DNA of 47,150 nucleotides from an uncultured Senimuribacter sp. (GTDB lineage Bacteria; Bacillota; Clostridia; Peptostreptococcales; Anaerovoracaceae): NCBI GenBank assembly GCA_964525085.1, contig CAZGED010000001.1, positions 1 to 47,150 of the forward strand, read 5' to 3'. Shown piece by piece: positions 46,949 to 47,150 of this stretch (position 1 is its first letter; each line of letters starts with the position of its first letter). The notes under the pieces were generated by a model. It saw only the letters and a program-made list of their open reading frames with translations, ran no database searches and was not told where the DNA came from. The position numbers and the translations under genes were made by a program.

Positions 46949-47006
46949 AAAAAACCCGGCTGCGGCGTGCCATAGCATGGCGGCGCCGGTCTCAGCCGGG
47001 CGTTTT
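46949..47006. terminator. probable bidirectional terminator
   Basis: AAAAAACCCGGCTG...CAGCCGGGCGTTTT. Confidence 0.65.
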
Positions 47007-47063
47007 GTATATATTGGGATCGAGCTGTTTCCAAGCTGTTTACGAGGTAGTCCCGAGATGTTT

Positions 47064-47150
47064 CTACGCGTCTTCCGCAGACGCAGGAGATTCCTCCTGC
47101 GTCACGCGGACGGACACGATTTTGGTCACCGTCTGGTACGGCGTGTACTG
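47064..47150 (-). CDS. 3' end of an unidentified gene entering from the right edge
   Basis: Open frame QYTPYQTVTKIVSVRVTQEESPASAEDA* followed by a terminator-like hairpin. Confidence 0.55.
   Translation of the reverse strand, partial: QYTPYQTVTKIVSVRVTQEESPASAEDA

Overview
Replication-origin region of a moderately GC-rich clostridial (Bacillota) chromosome. The gyrA-rsbW-sigB order suggests a Peptostreptococcales/Anaerovoracaceae-like host (inference). Left arm (- strand): rpmH-rnpA-yidD-yidC-jag-mnmE-mnmG-rsmG-noc-parA-parB, a SprT-like protease and the 5' part of gdpP. Then a bipartite oriC (DnaA boxes and DnaA-trios around dnaA), dnaA-dnaN-recF-gyrB-gyrA, rsbW-sigB without rsbV, a two-component/PepSY module, metabolic and redox genes, an Rpn nuclease, rpsF-ssb-rpsR and an HTH-Uma2 gene. 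From 34.4 kb an ECF sigma/anti-sigma pair precedes a cassette that looks like a decaying polymorphic toxin-immunity array: a broken S8 peptidase-acidic linker-Zn-PLC/P1-like gene, an unannotated cysteine-peptidase C-terminal remnant and paralogous membrane-anchored immunity candidates. Two FN3 proteins and a complete ISL3 element with an 8-bp target duplication follow; the IS interrupts a probable non-coding transcript. Other highlights are a Cys-rich RsbW with degenerate kinase motifs, an AT-rich patch inside mnmG and an internal start in rpn. No rRNA, tRNA or CRISPR array was recognised. All calls come from reading the sequence by eye; no searches were run.
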